Shown piece by piece: positions 1 through 15,340 of a stretch of 64,000 bases of DNA (the stretch's first letter is position 1; every line of letters starts with the position of its first letter). Both the position numbers and the translations under genes were made by a program. The notes under the pieces are model-generated. The model made no database searches. It was given only the letters and a program-made list of their open reading frames with translations, and was not told the DNA's origin. Origin of the DNA: the human T2T-CHM13v2.0 reference genome, Homo sapiens; NCBI RefSeq assembly GCF_009914755.1, contig NC_060928.1. One strand, given 5' to 3'.

Positions 1-29
1 AATTTCAATACCTACAATGCAGAAGGGCA

Positions 30-132
30 AGGAAGCTCGTTGTCTAATTCAATACTCTATTACCAATGTACAGCAGAGTGCCTGGCACAGAGTAGGAATA
101 TAAATAAATAAGTGAATAAATAAATAAATAAA
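30..132 (+). mobile_element. L2 3' end fragment
   Basis: agagtgcctggcacagagtagg followed by an (aata)n tail, typical of the L2 3' terminus. Confidence 0.6.
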
Positions 133-289
133 GCAAGCAATAATTAGAGTTTTGTTTGATGGATTCTTTGAAACTTATAAGGAAAGAATACAGAGTTTTG
201 AGGATAGTAGAAAAGTCCAATGTCACAGTAGGCAAAACTGTTGAACTTCTTATCAGTAACATAAAATGTACTTACCTACACTGTGAGTA

Positions 290-530
290 TTTATGTGTGT
301 ATATGATACAGTATTATATGCATGTATGTATATACATATACATATATACATACATGTTTCAAATATGTCAAAATATTCATCTTGTATAATATATAAATGT
401 ACATACATACATCTATTGTGACCTATTGCATGTGTGTCTGTGTACAGAGACAGAACAGAAAGACAGAAGCAGATTATATACCTACATACGTGTATTACAT
501 ACCTATATCCATGTATGCAGGTATGTAGAT
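290..530. repeat. Degenerate (TA/TG/CA)n low-complexity tract
   Basis: Alternating purine-pyrimidine runs such as gtatatacatatacatatatacatacatg. Confidence 0.7.
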
Positions 531-3174
531 GAAAGAGAGGGAGGAGAAATTAGCAAAAGACAAAATTATTTCCCTATATGGATTTTATAAATTTAAAACT
601 ACCAAGAGATAAAATCACTATGTATATCTTTGATTTTCCCCTGAAACAAAAATTTACAAGTATAGTTATTAGACCAAAAGATGGCAACATGCTGATATGT
701 ATTGACAAATTGTCTTTCTGTAAGTTTTAACATTATGCATCATGCATTAACAATATATGATTGGACCAGTAATGAATACTATGCATTTTAATTTTCACTT
801 TGAAAGATCATTACTAAATGAGTATTTTAAAACATGCTACTCTACTCTTGCTTTAACTTTTATTTATTCGATGAATTGAAGGTTGAATATAGTTTAACAT
901 TCATTGGAGATCCCTACTTCTTTTGAGATTTTCTTTCACCCTGTCTACTCTTTTCTACTTTTGTGTGTTTATTGTTTCTTAATATTTAAAAATTCTTCAT
1001 CTACTAAGGTTATTTATAAACTTTGTTTCCCATGTGTAGATATTTTCTTTTATATATAAAATCTATTAGTTCTTTACAATGTACTTCTTTATGTTAAAGG
1101 TTAGAATGAGCATCCCTAGTTCAAGAATAAATATTTATATTTTTTCTAATTCTTTTAGTATTCATTTATTTTGCAGTAATTTTCCTTTTACATCTAATTT
1201 TTTAATACTGAAAAACTATGAGAAATTCTATTAAAACTAAGAATTTCAATTTTAGTATGAGTTAGCCTAAAGAGTTATTATTTTCATTCAAAATATTTTA
1301 AGAAAATAATGATGTCTCAGGGAGATCTGTGCTCTTGAACCATACCAAGGAAAAATAAGGTGGCATTGAGGATATAGTCAGCTTAAAGATTCACCTTAAA
1401 GTTGATCATACTAAGCAGAGAATCTCTAGATGTGAAGGTGGATTTATTACACCCATATCTCTGAACAACTGCCTACATTCTTCTTCAGCTTATCTCTTTC
1501 GTTATTAAAATACATTTCTTAGCTTATCACTTGCTTTTAGATAGTAGGCAGTTGAACAAAATCAAAGAAACATTGAGTTATTTGTTTGTAAATGGAAAGG
1601 AGATGCACAGCTATTTTGAAATGTGATAAAAGTCACTTTAATATTCAAAGGCTAAAATGGATAATTCATAAATCCTCCAGATGTCTTTGGGTTAAGCTTT
1701 ATTTTAACTTTGTTCCTAGAGAATCTGGAGTTTAAAGATGCAATTTACAATTTCTAAAAATGTATATAATGCAGATAATTGTTATATTAATCTTCTAATA
1801 AAATTTTATAGTTAACTTTCCTCTCTCTCTCTTATGACCCCTTTATTTGCCAAATCTTCACAAGGCTATGAATTATTGTGACTGCCTTATCCAAAATAAT
1901 ACATTCAGTTTATCTGGTAAAAGCAGATGCTAAAGATAGATTCAGTAATTATCACATAAAATGGAGCTATACATATGTATGACTTTATCAGGTAATACCA
2001 GGTACTGAATATTTATCCCTCAAGCCACAATGGCTTCATATTATAAATTTATGATTTCTTGGTATCCACTATACAGAATGCTTCTAGCATTCAAATGGGC
2101 AAATCCTGCCTCTCTCTTTTTTTGAGGGTTATAGTGAATATTTAAATATATATGTGTTGGTACATATATGTTTATATCTACGCTTATGTTACTTTTGGTC
2201 TGTAAACTACAATTACTCAGAGGTTGATGATCGTGTATGAGAAAAAGAAAGGAAGCAAAAGGCTCTCTAAAACTATATAAAATTTAAGATGTTCCTTCCA
2301 AAGAATCATTTGTGTCTGGAGGTTAAAAAACAGGCAAAATAAAATCTGAATAGAGGCACATAGCACCTCTACATAAAATAAGAATGCTTGGCAGTGACCT
2401 TGAGGCATAGCATTTTAAATATGTCATGCATTTTTCTTTAAGGGGATCAATGTAGGTAAAATTTGTAGAATCTCATATAAAACCTGCTAAGGTTTCTTTC
2501 TAATTACAAAGGACAAAATAGGTTTTATCCTTTAGAAAGAAGTTTTTTTTTTTTTGTTTGTTTGTTTGTTTGTTTTTTGACACAAGTACAGGTGCTTCTG
2601 CCTCATTTTGGAAAGTACTCTATAAGGAATGGCTATTCCTATGGTACAGAAGGGAACTTAGAAATAACTCAAGGCAAGAGATTTTCACAGTGTCAAAGCA
2701 TTCTTTGTATTGCCTGGGTGAATTTCCAGGTACCATTAGCTAAAGCGAAGATGGTTATTACTCTCTTTTTTTTTTCTGTCCTAAGGTGACACCCTTATTC
2801 TTGGCTTTCAGATGATGACCTAATTTCCTATTTCATGGAGAAAGCTGAAAAAAACAGAAATCAGCTCCAACAAGCTGTCGCCCAGCTCATCCAAACCCCA
2901 CCTACTCTGTGCCGCTACGCTCCACCCTGTCACTCAGGAACTTCAGCCTCACTCCCTTCTGCCCACTCAAGCGACTCTGGCCTCCATCTCCTGCATCAAG
3001 GTTTTCCTTTCTCATAACTCCTATCAAATTATTGTTATTTTTTCCATCTTAAAATATCCGTTTGACCCTATTTCTACCACCTCTTTCTTTTTCTCCTTCC
3101 CTTTACAGAAAATTCTGAATTATTCATTTCTATTATTTCCCAATTCCCTCATTGCATTCTCTCCTGAAGCCACC

Positions 3175-3450
3175 GTGGTGCCTTACAAGCTTCACCTTTT
3201 TTTTTTTTTCTGCATCTGAGCAAGCTGATAAGAAAGCCTGCATGCTATGTTCTTTGGCACCAATGGGAGTTTCACACCTTTGGAAGTCTAGGAAGTGTCA
3301 ACCTAGCCCCACCTCTTAGCCATAATGTTTCCCCCACCGACTCTCTTTTCTCAGCTCTCAAGCCACTTTGGATCAGTTTGATAACCACATTATAGGAATA
3401 ATAAAGCTTTTCAGACTCTCTTGGCATATGTGTGGTGTATTAGGACATCA
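3175..3450 (+). mobile_element. ERVL-class LTR fragment (MER54/MER73-like)
   Basis: agcaagctgataagaaagcc, then aataataaagcttttc, then ctcttggcatatgtgtgg; interrupts the L2. Confidence 0.45.
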
Positions 3451-3726
3451 CACTCCCTGTGTTACTCTGACCCCTCTAACTGCTCCTTTTTCACTCTCCT
3501 GTGTTGATTCCTCCTCATTGCCTTCATCCTTAACAAGTGAATGACCCAGGCAGGGCTCAGTTCTGGAGTCACTTCTCTTTTCTCTTTATCTTCACTTCAT
3601 CATGGTCTTATTCAGACATATAAAAAGTTTTTGTGCTGATGACTCTTAAATTGTTTTCATTATCTCAAATCTCTTCCCTAATAGTTAGATTTATAGATTC
3701 AACTATGTGTTCCATATCTGCTATGT

Positions 3727-5265
<1,539 letters not shown>

Positions 5266-5584
5266 TCTCATCAAGTCTCATGGCTTCAAATGCTATTAAT
5301 AAGCTAAAGCTTCTCAGGCTTACATGTTCAAGTTGAACCTCTATCCTGTACTCTAAACTCTGCCATCCCCACCTAATAGATGCCTTAAGGATAACATGTT
5401 AAAAACTGAATTTTTTATTATTTCCTCAAATATGCTCCTTCATAGTCTTCTTGATATCTGCAGATGACAATTCCAGCTTTCCAGTTGCTCAGACCGAAAC
5501 ATTGGTAAATCTTTTTAAGTTCTTGCTTTTTCTCATGCCCCACTTCAATCAACCAGTAAACCTTTTCAGCTGTTCCTTCAAATT

Positions 5585-6710
5585 ATAGGGTTTGCATAAA
5601 ACCTGAAGCCTTTCAAATTTAGACAGGCCACTTCAAGAAACAAAATCAAAAATTTTGAAAATAAAATTGGGCATAAATGTGAATATATATTTATAACAGA
5701 AATCACAATATAATACAAAATTTGGATAGCTGATAAATGGCAAAAAATTATAAAATACAAAATAAAATAATGTTTTGTTATGTAATTACATGACATATCT
5801 TTATAGCATTTCTCCCTATAAATTCTAACTTCATGCTCTTGAATACTTTCTCCTATGATGATTCTTAAAATATTCTTAAAGAGAAGAAAAAGACATTTAA
5901 TGTCTTCATAACAGTTGATTGAAAATTTAAAATTATTTTTATTTTGGAAATAAAATTTGTGAAATTTCAGCTTTACAACTTACTTTTGGCGATGCAATAC
6001 AAGTATTAAGTTTATTGGATTGCTTATATTCTAGAAAAGTCTTTGGAATTTGGAATAATCTTTACATATTTTCCTTCATACATGACAACATTTCAAGGCA
6101 TCTCAATTTTCATGTAGGGATACTTTAGGTATCTTTTGAATGGATAATATTTATTACATTACCCAGTTTGTCATTGATGCCTATATTTCAGTGGTTAGTT
6201 ATGAATTTTAAGTTATTTTCATTGATGCATTTCATGATAATGCATAAAATATGAGACTTCAAACACAGTTGAACTTACTATTTGTAATAACACTGTAAGT
6301 TGCTGACCTATAACCACAGGAATTGTGGTAAATTCTGTTTCATGCTCTTCTCATCAAAATATTTTAAAAATTAAGCTGTTTATAGTTTTGTATGAAGAAT
6401 TATCAAATGCTTCTGACAGGCAGGAACTTCTGTTTTGGCTAGATATTAATCAGAACAAAAATCTGCACTTAAAAATTTACACATCTCATATTTGGAAGAG
6501 TTTCCCACAGGCTAATTTCTGGCCCAAAAGTTGTTTCTCCTTTGTATTCCGTCCTCCATCTCCTCAACTTTTTATTCACTGCCCCCCATGCATGCACGCT
6601 AGCAGCCATAAGACATTCATTTCAAGATACAGGCCTTCTTTGGAAGGAGCCTGTGCAGGGGAGTGTCCCAAAGCTAAAGTTCCATTAGCTTCACAGTTAC
6701 TTTGCGTCTG
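5585..6710 (-). mobile_element. hAT-Tip100 DNA transposon (Arthur1/MER69-like)
   Basis: Ends agggtttgcataaaacctgaagcc.. and ..agctaaagttccattagcttcacagttactttgcgtctg match remembered Arthur1 termini; L2 resumes on both sides. Confidence 0.55.
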
Positions 6711-7987
6711 TGTGTTTTATCAATCCAGACTCTCTCCGTGTCACCCCACTGCTGCCGTCATAAGGCATGCCACAGTCATCTTACTAAATAGCTTACTCTC
6801 TGGTCTTCTTGATTTTGTTCTTTTCCATTCTACATTCTATCACTGTGCAGCAGAGAAAATGATCCTACTAAAACCATCTTGGCTTGTGGTGCTCCCATGC
6901 TCTATCACATTATGGCTTACCATCTCACTAATCGTAAAAGGCAGTCTATAGCCATAAGGTCCTGACATAGCTGACTGCTGGTTACCTCTGTGCTCCTATC
7001 CCCTATTCCTATCACTTCCTTACTTTACATGAGTCTCCTTGCTAGTTCTCTAACACGGCCAGGCACACTCCTGCCTCCATGTCTGTACACTTGGTGTCCT
7101 GCCTGCCTGTCTCTCTCACTTCACTGTTTCACTTCTTTCATGGCTCCATTCTGCCACCTTCTCATGGAGTACTTCCTATTGACCTTTATAACCTAATTAC
7201 CGTCCTACCCTTTCCCTGTTTTATCTTTCTCTTTAACAATGATCACTATTCAACAAGCACATATTGCACTTATTTAGCTTATTGTTTTATTTATAGTTAA
7301 CTTACAATTCACCTATTAGCTTGGTCACTCATTATTCTATTTTCTGTTTTCTTCACAAAAAAATATGCTCCATAAGGACCATGAGTTTTGTTTCATTTTT
7401 ATCCTGAAACAGCAAAATATCAGAAGATGCAATTTAAATTCTAGCTCGTGTCTAAATCACAAAATACTTGCATTATATTGCTGCTAACTATGACCTGAAA
7501 GTAATGTGCTAACCCAAAGGCAGTAAGCAGAATTGAATTTGCCTGAGGAATTATAAATAAATACTCTCATTTTCTATTAAAGCTGGTAAAGAAAACACCT
7601 TTGACAAAATGTGCATTTTCAAAATAGCTCTATGTTAAATAGTCAAGGTCAAAATAAAATCTACATATGGATTTATACCATAATATTTACAGTATAAACA
7701 CTGCCTCTACTTCTCAACCACCTCTTCATTTAATACTTTCTATAACATGTTTATTGCTTGGTTTAGTCATTCAGAATCCTACTTATATATTAAGCCCAAA
7801 TTTCTAGTCTGTTTTCATGAAAGTCTTTCCCTAACACAATAGGATGATATTTTTTTTCCTGTGTAAGAACCAATTATTATACTTAGGCAGTTTTACTTGT
7901 TTGGTATTGGTTTAATCAGCTTTAATGAATTTTGAATGTATTTTATGTTATTTTTGTGATGTCTTACTAAGATGTAAAAAGAAAACA

Positions 7988-8122
7988 TTGGAAGGTAATG
8001 ATAAAAATGTCTGCAGGATAAGAAACCATGTTACTTGGGAATAACTGTTATATATTAAATTATTTCAATCTCTGGAAGTGTTTTATCTGAGGCATCTTAG
8101 TTTTACAGCACACAAATGATTA
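7988..8122 (+). repeat. 135-bp local direct repeat, copy 1
   Basis: About 90% identical (12 substitutions and 1 indel by manual alignment) to 8827-8960. Confidence 0.95.
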
Positions 8123-8559
8123 ATCATGCTAGTTCTAATAGGATCCTGACTTCCTGTAGTCACAGCCTACCTCCTGTGCTATAAGGAAAGTGGAATATTC
8201 AACTTAAACAATTAAAGGGCAACCTTATGAAAACCATTGGCATATTTTTGTGCAACCATTTGATGTTTCAAGAAAGCTAAATGGCTTAAACTTGTTTTTG
8301 TAGATGCTACATTTTCAATATTATAATATTATACTTATTAGAAATACAGCAATGAGAACTGTGTCAGCCATACAATTGCTGTTCAATAAATGTCTGTTGA
8401 TTATGAATTAAATGAAAAAAATCAGAGAATGAATGAGTTGCCATTACCTTCAAAATTTTATTCTTTATGTTCACTCAGCCATCATAACAATTGTCATATT
8501 GTCATCAATATTTAGGACTGTTACTAAGGTGAATGGGCAGCCCTTGTAGGGCTTCAATA

Positions 8560-9557
8560 ACATTTTTATTATCTTGATATTTTTCTCTTCCCATTCTCTT
8601 TCATTTTAAAAAAATAGTTGAACTATACCATTATTGGTATAGTATATAGCCAGTGCATACTACAGTACATAAATATATTTTTTCACTCTTATTATCCATT
8701 TAGTCTTAAAGTCTGCAATTAGCTATATCTTTAATGCTCATCACCAATGCTTATGTTAGTATTTCTGGTAACTTTTTAGGGAAGTCATAGGAACAAAAAT
8801 TCCTGACTTCTTTCATGTTCATAAATTTGGAAGTTAATGAAAAAATGTTTCCAGGACAAGAAACCATGTTACTTGGGAATAAGTTTTATATATTAAATCA
8901 TTTCAATGTCTGGAAATGTTTTATCTGAGGTATCTTAGTTTTACAACAGACAAATGATTACAATAGGCAAATGCACGTGTGCTTTTACACTTAAATTTCA
9001 TTTTTTTTCCTGGATATAAAACTCCTTAAATTAAATTTCCTCTCACCAAGTTTCTTAAGTATGTTACTTTTTTCTTCTGCTGACATAAGCCGTTCTGTGG
9101 AAAAGTGTTATAACAATCTAATTTTAATTTTCCTAATAAGTCACCCTATTTTCTTCCTACATGACAAAGGTTTCTTTTCTTTAAAGTTAAATAACATTAC
9201 TTAAGTATGTTTTGCTGTTGGTCATTCTGGATCAATATTATTAGTATGTGAATGCGTTTTTAATATGCGGTTACAAATCATTTATGATATCTATTTAGAA
9301 AAACTTTTAATTATATTTAATATTTATATCTGTTCTCTTGCTTTGGTTTTCTTTTTCAAGGATTTATAATAAGTCAGATATACTTTGTTTAGGTTTAATA
9401 TTTAACACTTTTGCTTAATTATTCATTGCCTATTTTATTTGTTTAATCCATTTCAACTTCTATTTCTCTTAAGGAATTAACTGTTGCGTGTATTTCTTCT
9501 TGTGTTGCTTCTACTATAGTCTTCATTTCTGTAATAACTTTTTTCTTTATTTCTTAT
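8560..9557 (-). mobile_element. Ancient L1-related element (HAL1/L1M-like); continues at ~14460-15340
   Basis: T-rich; gggaagtcataggaacaaaaattcctgacttctttcatgttcata..ctggatataaaactcctt resembles HAL1 antisense. Confidence 0.5.
8827..8960 (+). repeat. 135-bp local direct repeat, copy 2
   Basis: Copy of 7988-8122 embedded in an old L1-related element. Confidence 0.95.
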
Positions 9558-9576
9558 TCTTTCTGAGTTCTTTTAA

Positions 9577-12500
9577 AAATAAATTTAAACAATTTTTGTA
9601 GGTACAAAATAGGTGTATATATTTATGGGGTACATGAGATGTTTTGATACAAGGAATAACATCATTATAAGCACAAAATGAGGAATGGGGTATCCATCCC
9701 ATCAAACATTTATCCTTTGAATTACAAATAATCCAATTATACTTTTTAAGTTATTTTAAAATGTATAATTGAATTATTATCTATTGTAATCACCTCATTG
9801 TGATAGCAAATATTAGGTTTTATTATTTCTTTCTATTTTTTGTAACCATTCCCACCTCCACCCCGCCCCCCAACTATCCTTCCCAGCCTCTGGTAATCAT
9901 TTTCTGTTCTCTATGTTTACAATTTCAATTGTTTTGATTTTTTAGATCCCAGAAATTAGTGAGAACATGTAATGTTTGTCTTTCTGTGTCTGGCTTATTT
10001 CACTTAACATAATGATCTACAGTTCCATCCATGTTGTTGCAAACGACTGGATCTCATTCTATCTTTTATGACTGAATAGTACGCCATTGTGTATATGTAC
10101 CACATTTTCTTTATTCATTCATCTGTTGATGGACACTTAGTTGCTTCCAAACAGCAGCTATTGCAAACGGTGCTGCAGCAAACATAGGAGTGCAAATATC
10201 TCTTTGATGCTAATTTCTTTTCTTTTGGTTATATATCCAGCAGTGGGATTGCTGGATCATATGGTAGCTCAATTTTTAGTTTTTTGAGGAACCTTCAAAC
10301 TGTTCTCCATAGTGATTGTACTAATTTACACTCCTACCATAAGTGTACAAGGGTTCCCTCTTCTCCACATCCTTGTCAGCATTTGTTATTACCTGTCTTT
10401 TGGATATATGCCATTTTAACTGGGGTTAGATGGTATTTCATTGTCGTTTTCTTTGCATTTCTCTGATGATCAAAGATATTGACCACCTTTTCATATACTT
10501 GTTTACCATTTATATGTCTTCTTTTGAGAAATGTCTACTCAAATCTTCGTCTAATTTTCTGATTGGATTATTAGACTTTTTTCCTATACAGTTGTTTGAA
10601 CTCCTTATATATTCTGGTTATTAATCCCTTGTCAGATGAATAGTTTGCAAATATTTTCTCTCATTCTGTGGGTTGTCTTTTCACTTTGTTGATTGTATCC
10701 TTCACTGCGCAGAAGATTTTTAACTTGATGTAATCCAGTTTGTCCAGTTTTGCTCTGGTTGCCTGTGCTTGTGGATATTGCTCAAGAAATCTTTGTCTGG
10801 AACAATGACCTGGAGATTTTCCCCAGTGTTGTTTTTTTTTTTTCTTGTAGTAGTTCCATAGTTTGAGGTCTTAGATTTCAGTTTTAATCCATTTTTATTT
10901 GGTTTTTGTATGTGGTGATAGATGAGGGTCTAGTTTCACTCTTCCCAGCGCCATTTATTGAAGAGACTACCTTTTCCCCAGTGTAAGTTCTTAGAACTAT
11001 GTCAAAAGTGCTGGTGTTTTGTTGAGAATTTTGGGTCAATATTTATTAGAAATATTGGACTGTGGTTTTCTTTTTTTTTTTTTTTTGATGTGTCTTTGTC
11101 TTGTTTAGATACGAGGGTAAGTAATACTGGCCTTGTAGAATGATTTTGGAAGTGTTACCTCATCTATTTTTTCAGAGCAGTTTGAGTGAGATTGATATTA
11201 ATTCTTCTTTAGTGGTTTGGTAGAATTCAACACTAACGCCATCAGGTGTCTGGGTTTTCTTTAGTAGGAGACTTTTTATTATAGCTTCAATAATGTTACT
11301 TGTTGTTGGTCTATTCAGGTTTTGGATTTCTTGAGATTCTATCTTGATAGGTTGTATGTATCTAAGAATATGTCAATATCTTCTAGATTTTTCAGTGTAT
11401 TGGCATGTAGTTGCTCACAGTAGCCACTAATGATCCTTCTAATTTCTGTCGTATCAGTTGTAATGTCTCCTTTTTCACTTCTAATTTTATTTATTTGAAT
11501 TTTCACTCTTTTTTTCTTGGTCTGGCTAAAGGATTGCCAATTTTGTTTAACTTTTCAAAAAAACAATTTTTTTGTTTTATTGATCTTTTGTAATTTATTT
11601 TATTTTAATTTCATTCATTTCTGGTCTGACCTTTATTATTTTCTTCTACTAATTTTGGGTTTTCTAGTTCTTTGAGATGCATCATTGGACTTTTTGTTTG
11701 AAGTTTTTCCTCTTTTTTGATATAGACATTTATAGCTATACATTTACTTCTACTTACTGTTTTGCTGTATCCCATAGGTTTTGGTATGTTGTTTTTCCCT
11801 TATCATTTGTTTCAAGAAATTTTGCCATTTCCTTCTTAATTTATTTATACTGATCATTCAACAGCACATTGTTTAACTTCCATGTATTTTTATAGTTTAT
11901 AAAATTCCTCGTTATTAATTTTAGTTTTATTCCATTGTGGTCAGAAAAGATGCTTTATATTGTTTCAGTTTTTTTTTAATGTTTTAAGACTTGTTTTGTC
12001 ACCTAATATATAGTCTATCCTTCAGAACCATCCTTGTGCTGGGGAAAAGAATATGTATTCTGCACCTCTTGGATGAAATGTCCTGTAAATATTAGATCAT
12101 TTGGTCTATAGTGCAGATTAAGTCTGACGTGGAAGATCCGTTAAATGCTGAAAGTGGGGTGTTAAAGTCTCCAGCTATTATTGTATTGGGGCCTATCTCT
12201 CTCTTTAGGTCTAATAATATTTGCTTTATATATCTTGGTGCACCAGTGTTGGGTACATATATATTTTTACAATTGTTATAGCCTCTCACTGAATTGACTC
12301 CTTTATCATTATATAGTGGCCTGTTTGTCTCTTCCTAGAGTTTTGATTTTGAAATCTATTTTGTCTGATGAAAGTATGGCAAATCCTGCTCTTTTCCAAT
12401 TCCATTGGTATGAAGTATCTTTTTCCATTCCTTTATTTTTAGTCTGTGTATGTCTTTCTAGGTGAAGTGTGTTTCTTGTAGGCAACAAATTAATTGCATT

Positions 12501-14440
12501 TATTGAGTGCTGTGTTTCCTCCACACAGCTATTTGGAATTCTCTGTCTAAAAGGTCATGTATCTCTCTATCTCAAGGATTGGTTTCCTGGTGCCTTATAA
12601 AATTCACTTGGTGAAGTCACGTTTTCCTGAATTGTTGCTGATGCTAGTAGATAGTCGTTGGTGTCTGGGCATGAAAGAGTTAGATATTTATTGTAGTCTT
12701 TATTGTATCAGTCCTTCTTGGGAAGGCTTTTCAGATAATTATATGGACTTGGGTGTTGTGATCTAAGCTGTATCTGCTTTAGGGGCATCCCAAGGCAAAT
12801 AATGCTGTGGTCCTTGTAGAATTGTAGAGGTACCATCTTGATGGTCTTGGACCTGATCCAGGAGAATTCTCTGGATTACCAGGAAGAGACTCTTGTTCTC
12901 TTCCCTTACTTTTTCCCCAAAGAGTCAAACCTGAAGCCAGAATGGCACTGGGTCTTGCCCAAGGCCTTCTGTAACCACTCCTTGGCTACCACCTAGGTTC
13001 ACTCAAGGTCCCGAGGCTCTACAATCAGCAGGTGGCAAAGCCAGCCAGGTCTGTGAGTCAAAGACTAGAGTGAAAAACCTTAGAAGTTTGCCTGGGATTC
13101 TATTGTATTGTGGCTTAGCTGGTACTGAAACCAAAAGATGGAGTCTTAACCACTATTCTCTCTCATTTCCAAAGGCAGAGGAACCTCACCTCATAGGCAC
13201 TGCCTATGAGGAGTACTGCCTACGAGGAGTACTGCCAGACTACCGCTGGTGTTCCCTTAATGCCTAAGGTCTCTTAAGTTGGCTTGTCGTGAATGCTGCT
13301 TAGCGTGGGACTCACCCTTCAGAGCAGTGGACTCCGCTCTGGCCCAAGGCAGGTCCAGACATGCCATCCAAAATTATGTCCTGGAGTCAAGGACTCTAAG
13401 AGCCTGGTTGGTGCTCTATGGCTCTGTGGCTGTTCTAGTACTTAAGGTGCAAGACAAAGTCCCCTTAATTTTCCCTCTGCTCTTTTCAAGTAGAAATTTT
13501 GCCCCATACCCACCACAGCTGGCAATGTGCTGAGTCACACCAGAGGCCAACAACTCTCAGAGACTCACCCAAGACCCTCAGTGTGGTACCTGGGCACTGC
13601 TGCTGGTTATTCAGGGCCCACAGGCTCTTCAGTGAGCAGGTGATGAATGCTGCCAGGACTGGGTCCTTTCCTTCAAGGTAGCAGGTTCCCTTCTGTCCCA
13701 TGGTATGGCTAGAAATGTTGTCTGCAAGATAGATCCTGGGATGAGGTCTTCACACCTCCAACCAGTTCCCTGTCTTGCTGTGGCTGAACTGGTATCCTAG
13801 ATGCAAGACAAAGTCTTCCCCACGCTTCCTTCTCTCCTCCTCAAGCAGAAGGAAGGGGACTTTTTTAAAGCCTCAAGTTGTGCAGCCTGGGGTTAAAGAA
13901 GTGGTGATGCCAGCACTCCCTTGGCTGCCCCAGCTAGTGTCTCAGTATTTTGCATGCCCCTCAGTCCACTGTCTCTGGGCCTACTAGCATTAGGATTCAC
14001 CTAAGAGTTGCAGTCCTTATGTCCTAGACTGCCTTTCGAGTTTACTTGGAGTCACAGAGTGCTGTAGCCTTTGGTGGAGAGGTTTGCAGGCACTTGAGTT
14101 TCGACAGCTGGGACTGGTGAGTCCCTTATGGCTCGGGCTGATTTATAAGTCCTCTCTCCCTGGGCAGGTGTCAGCTGAGTTTGGTCTGATTTTCCTTTCT
14201 GCTTTAACAGGACAGCACTGGGTTCAATGCCTCACAGATGTTCTGTTCTGCCTTGCCCAATGCCAGAGACGTTTTCCTCACCATGCTGCTGTTGCCAGGG
14301 TTTGGGGGATTGGCATTGATGAGTCAGGACTGTTTTTTTCGATTTTAGGCTCTTATGAAGGTGTATTTTTCTGTGTAGATAGTTGTTAACTTGGTGTCTT
14401 TGTCGGAGCTTTCTATTCTGGCATCTTGCTCTGCCTCCTT
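9577..14440 (-). mobile_element. L1MA (L1MA1-3-like) with both ends, internal deletions and a 19-bp TSD
   Basis: 3'UTR taggtgtatatatttatggggtacatgag; EN-domain remnant NIYVPNTGAPRYIKQ..AGDFNTPLS (12092-12289); 5' end gcatcttgctctgcctcc; TSD tctttctgagttcttttaa at 9558-9576 and 14441-14459. Confidence 0.85.
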
Positions 14441-14459
14441 TCTTTCTGAGTTCTTTTAA

Positions 14460-15340
14460 CTCTGAGTTATTTTATTCTGTATAATTTTTTGAGGTTACAT
14501 ATTATTATTTTCATATTGGCTAATTTCAAAAGAGTAAACCATGTTTTTATATATTTTGTTGGTGTGGTTTATGGCATAATTTCATGGTGAAAAAGGATGT
14601 TATTCTGCTCCTTATTATACTTTTTTTAAAACTTTTGCATAAGATTTGAACTTTTCCAGTTCTTTGTTTATTTCGATATGAAATTTGCATTTCCAAACTT
14701 TCAGGAATTATGAATTAGGCAGAAAATGTTGTACAAAAGTCAAATAATCTAATTCCATAGAAGTTTTATTTGTTGTCTCTGTTTAACGGTTCAAAATAAG
14801 TAGCTTGCACTTTTGAGAAGTGCCAATTCTGTTTTCCTCTTTCACTTATCTTAATATCTGCATTCTTCCTTTAACTCTACTGTTCTTGACCTCAAAGTTG
14901 ACTCAGTTTCCAGCAGTTTCTGCTTTTTGTGCAAACTTATGCAAAAAAAATAATCCCGGTTGGTCAGTTTCAAGAGTTTTTATGTGACAACTCCAGCCTT
15001 TGTAGAACTTGCCTTGGAGCATGTGGACTATTAGTTTCAGCTTCTGATTACAAATTGACCACATGCTCTCCAGTGTATACGTGGCAATTTTGGGAATTTT
15101 TCTGTTCTTAGATTTACTGGAAGCTCTACTGACTCTCTATGCTGTCCTCTTTCACTGACTCAGATCGTATGCAGGTCTTCTCTTTTTTAGTTGTTTGCTG
15201 CTATTTGCATATCTGGTACTAGAGAAGTAACTTGTTATGTACTTTTGTTGTCAATATTGTCCATGGATTTTTGTCTTTCCTATTCTATTGCTATCTATGT
15301 TTTGTGAGAGGTTCCAGAAAAGCTATTTAAAAAAAGCCAT
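14460..15340 (-). mobile_element. Continuation of the HAL1/L1M-like element
   Basis: T-rich degenerate L1-like sequence resuming after the TSD. Confidence 0.4.

Noticed and set aside
6325-6951. Longest ORF (208 aa)
   Set aside because: Non-ATG start, spans a DNA transposon/L2 junction, and has no recognisable domain; chance ORF
13280-13900. ~350-bp-spaced repeated motifs (tgcaagacaaagtc)
   Set aside because: Internal repeats expected in old L1M 5' regions
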